This document shows positions 63,897-64,000 of a stretch of 64,000 nucleotides of DNA, in pieces. The DNA is taken from assembly GCF_036588685.1 (NCBI RefSeq), contig NC_086377.1, positions 18,104,001 to 18,168,000 of the forward strand, in the 5' to 3' direction. Both the position numbers and the translations under genes were made by a program. The notes beneath the pieces were generated by a model that had not been told where the DNA came from, did no database searches, and was given only the letters and a program-made list of their open reading frames with translations. This DNA is from Mytilus trossulus (Eukaryota). Numbering within the stretch: the stretch's first letter is position 1; each line of letters opens with the position of its first letter.

Positions 63897-64000
63897 GTGA
63901 CGTCAAATACGTTGACCCGGCCTTAATAACTTTGACCCGGACATATCAGCGACGTCATAATGTTTGAACCGACGTTAATAACTTTGACCCGAACCTATCA
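63897..64000. repeat. ~52-bp tandem repeat truncated by the window edge
   Basis: GACGTCA...TTAATAACTTTGACCCG.AC.TATCA occurs twice. Confidence 0.7.

Overview
AT-rich, intron-containing animal DNA with a repeat landscape typical of a bivalve mollusc (most consistent with Mytilus; inference). Most ORF-track hits are spurious. Manual GT-AG, phase-consistent splicing gives six genes. (1-3) A minus-strand cluster: two large coiled-coil genes (769 and 543 aa) and a 3-exon RING/zinc-finger E3 ligase (338 aa), all sharing a ~22-aa periodic coiled-coil module. (4) A complete 7-exon DNase II (353 aa, +). (5) A Mab-21/cGAS-like receptor (~762 aa, -) with an intact-looking catalytic motif, an unrecognised ~110-aa N-terminal exon and a TPR-like C-terminus. 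(6) SPPL2 (-; 14 exons in window, first exon apparently beyond the right edge). Mobile DNA includes tRNA-derived SINEs, several MITE families, Tc1, Penelope-like and CR1/L2 remnants, and helentron-like elements. There are three type I hammerhead ribozyme motifs. The most unusual signals are: a sense-strand hammerhead in a predicted cGLR intron whose cleavage site is paired by an adjacent ~42-bp inverted duplication; an exon-precise SPPL2 exon duplication carrying a stop codon; and the clustering of a RING E3, DNase II and a cGLR.
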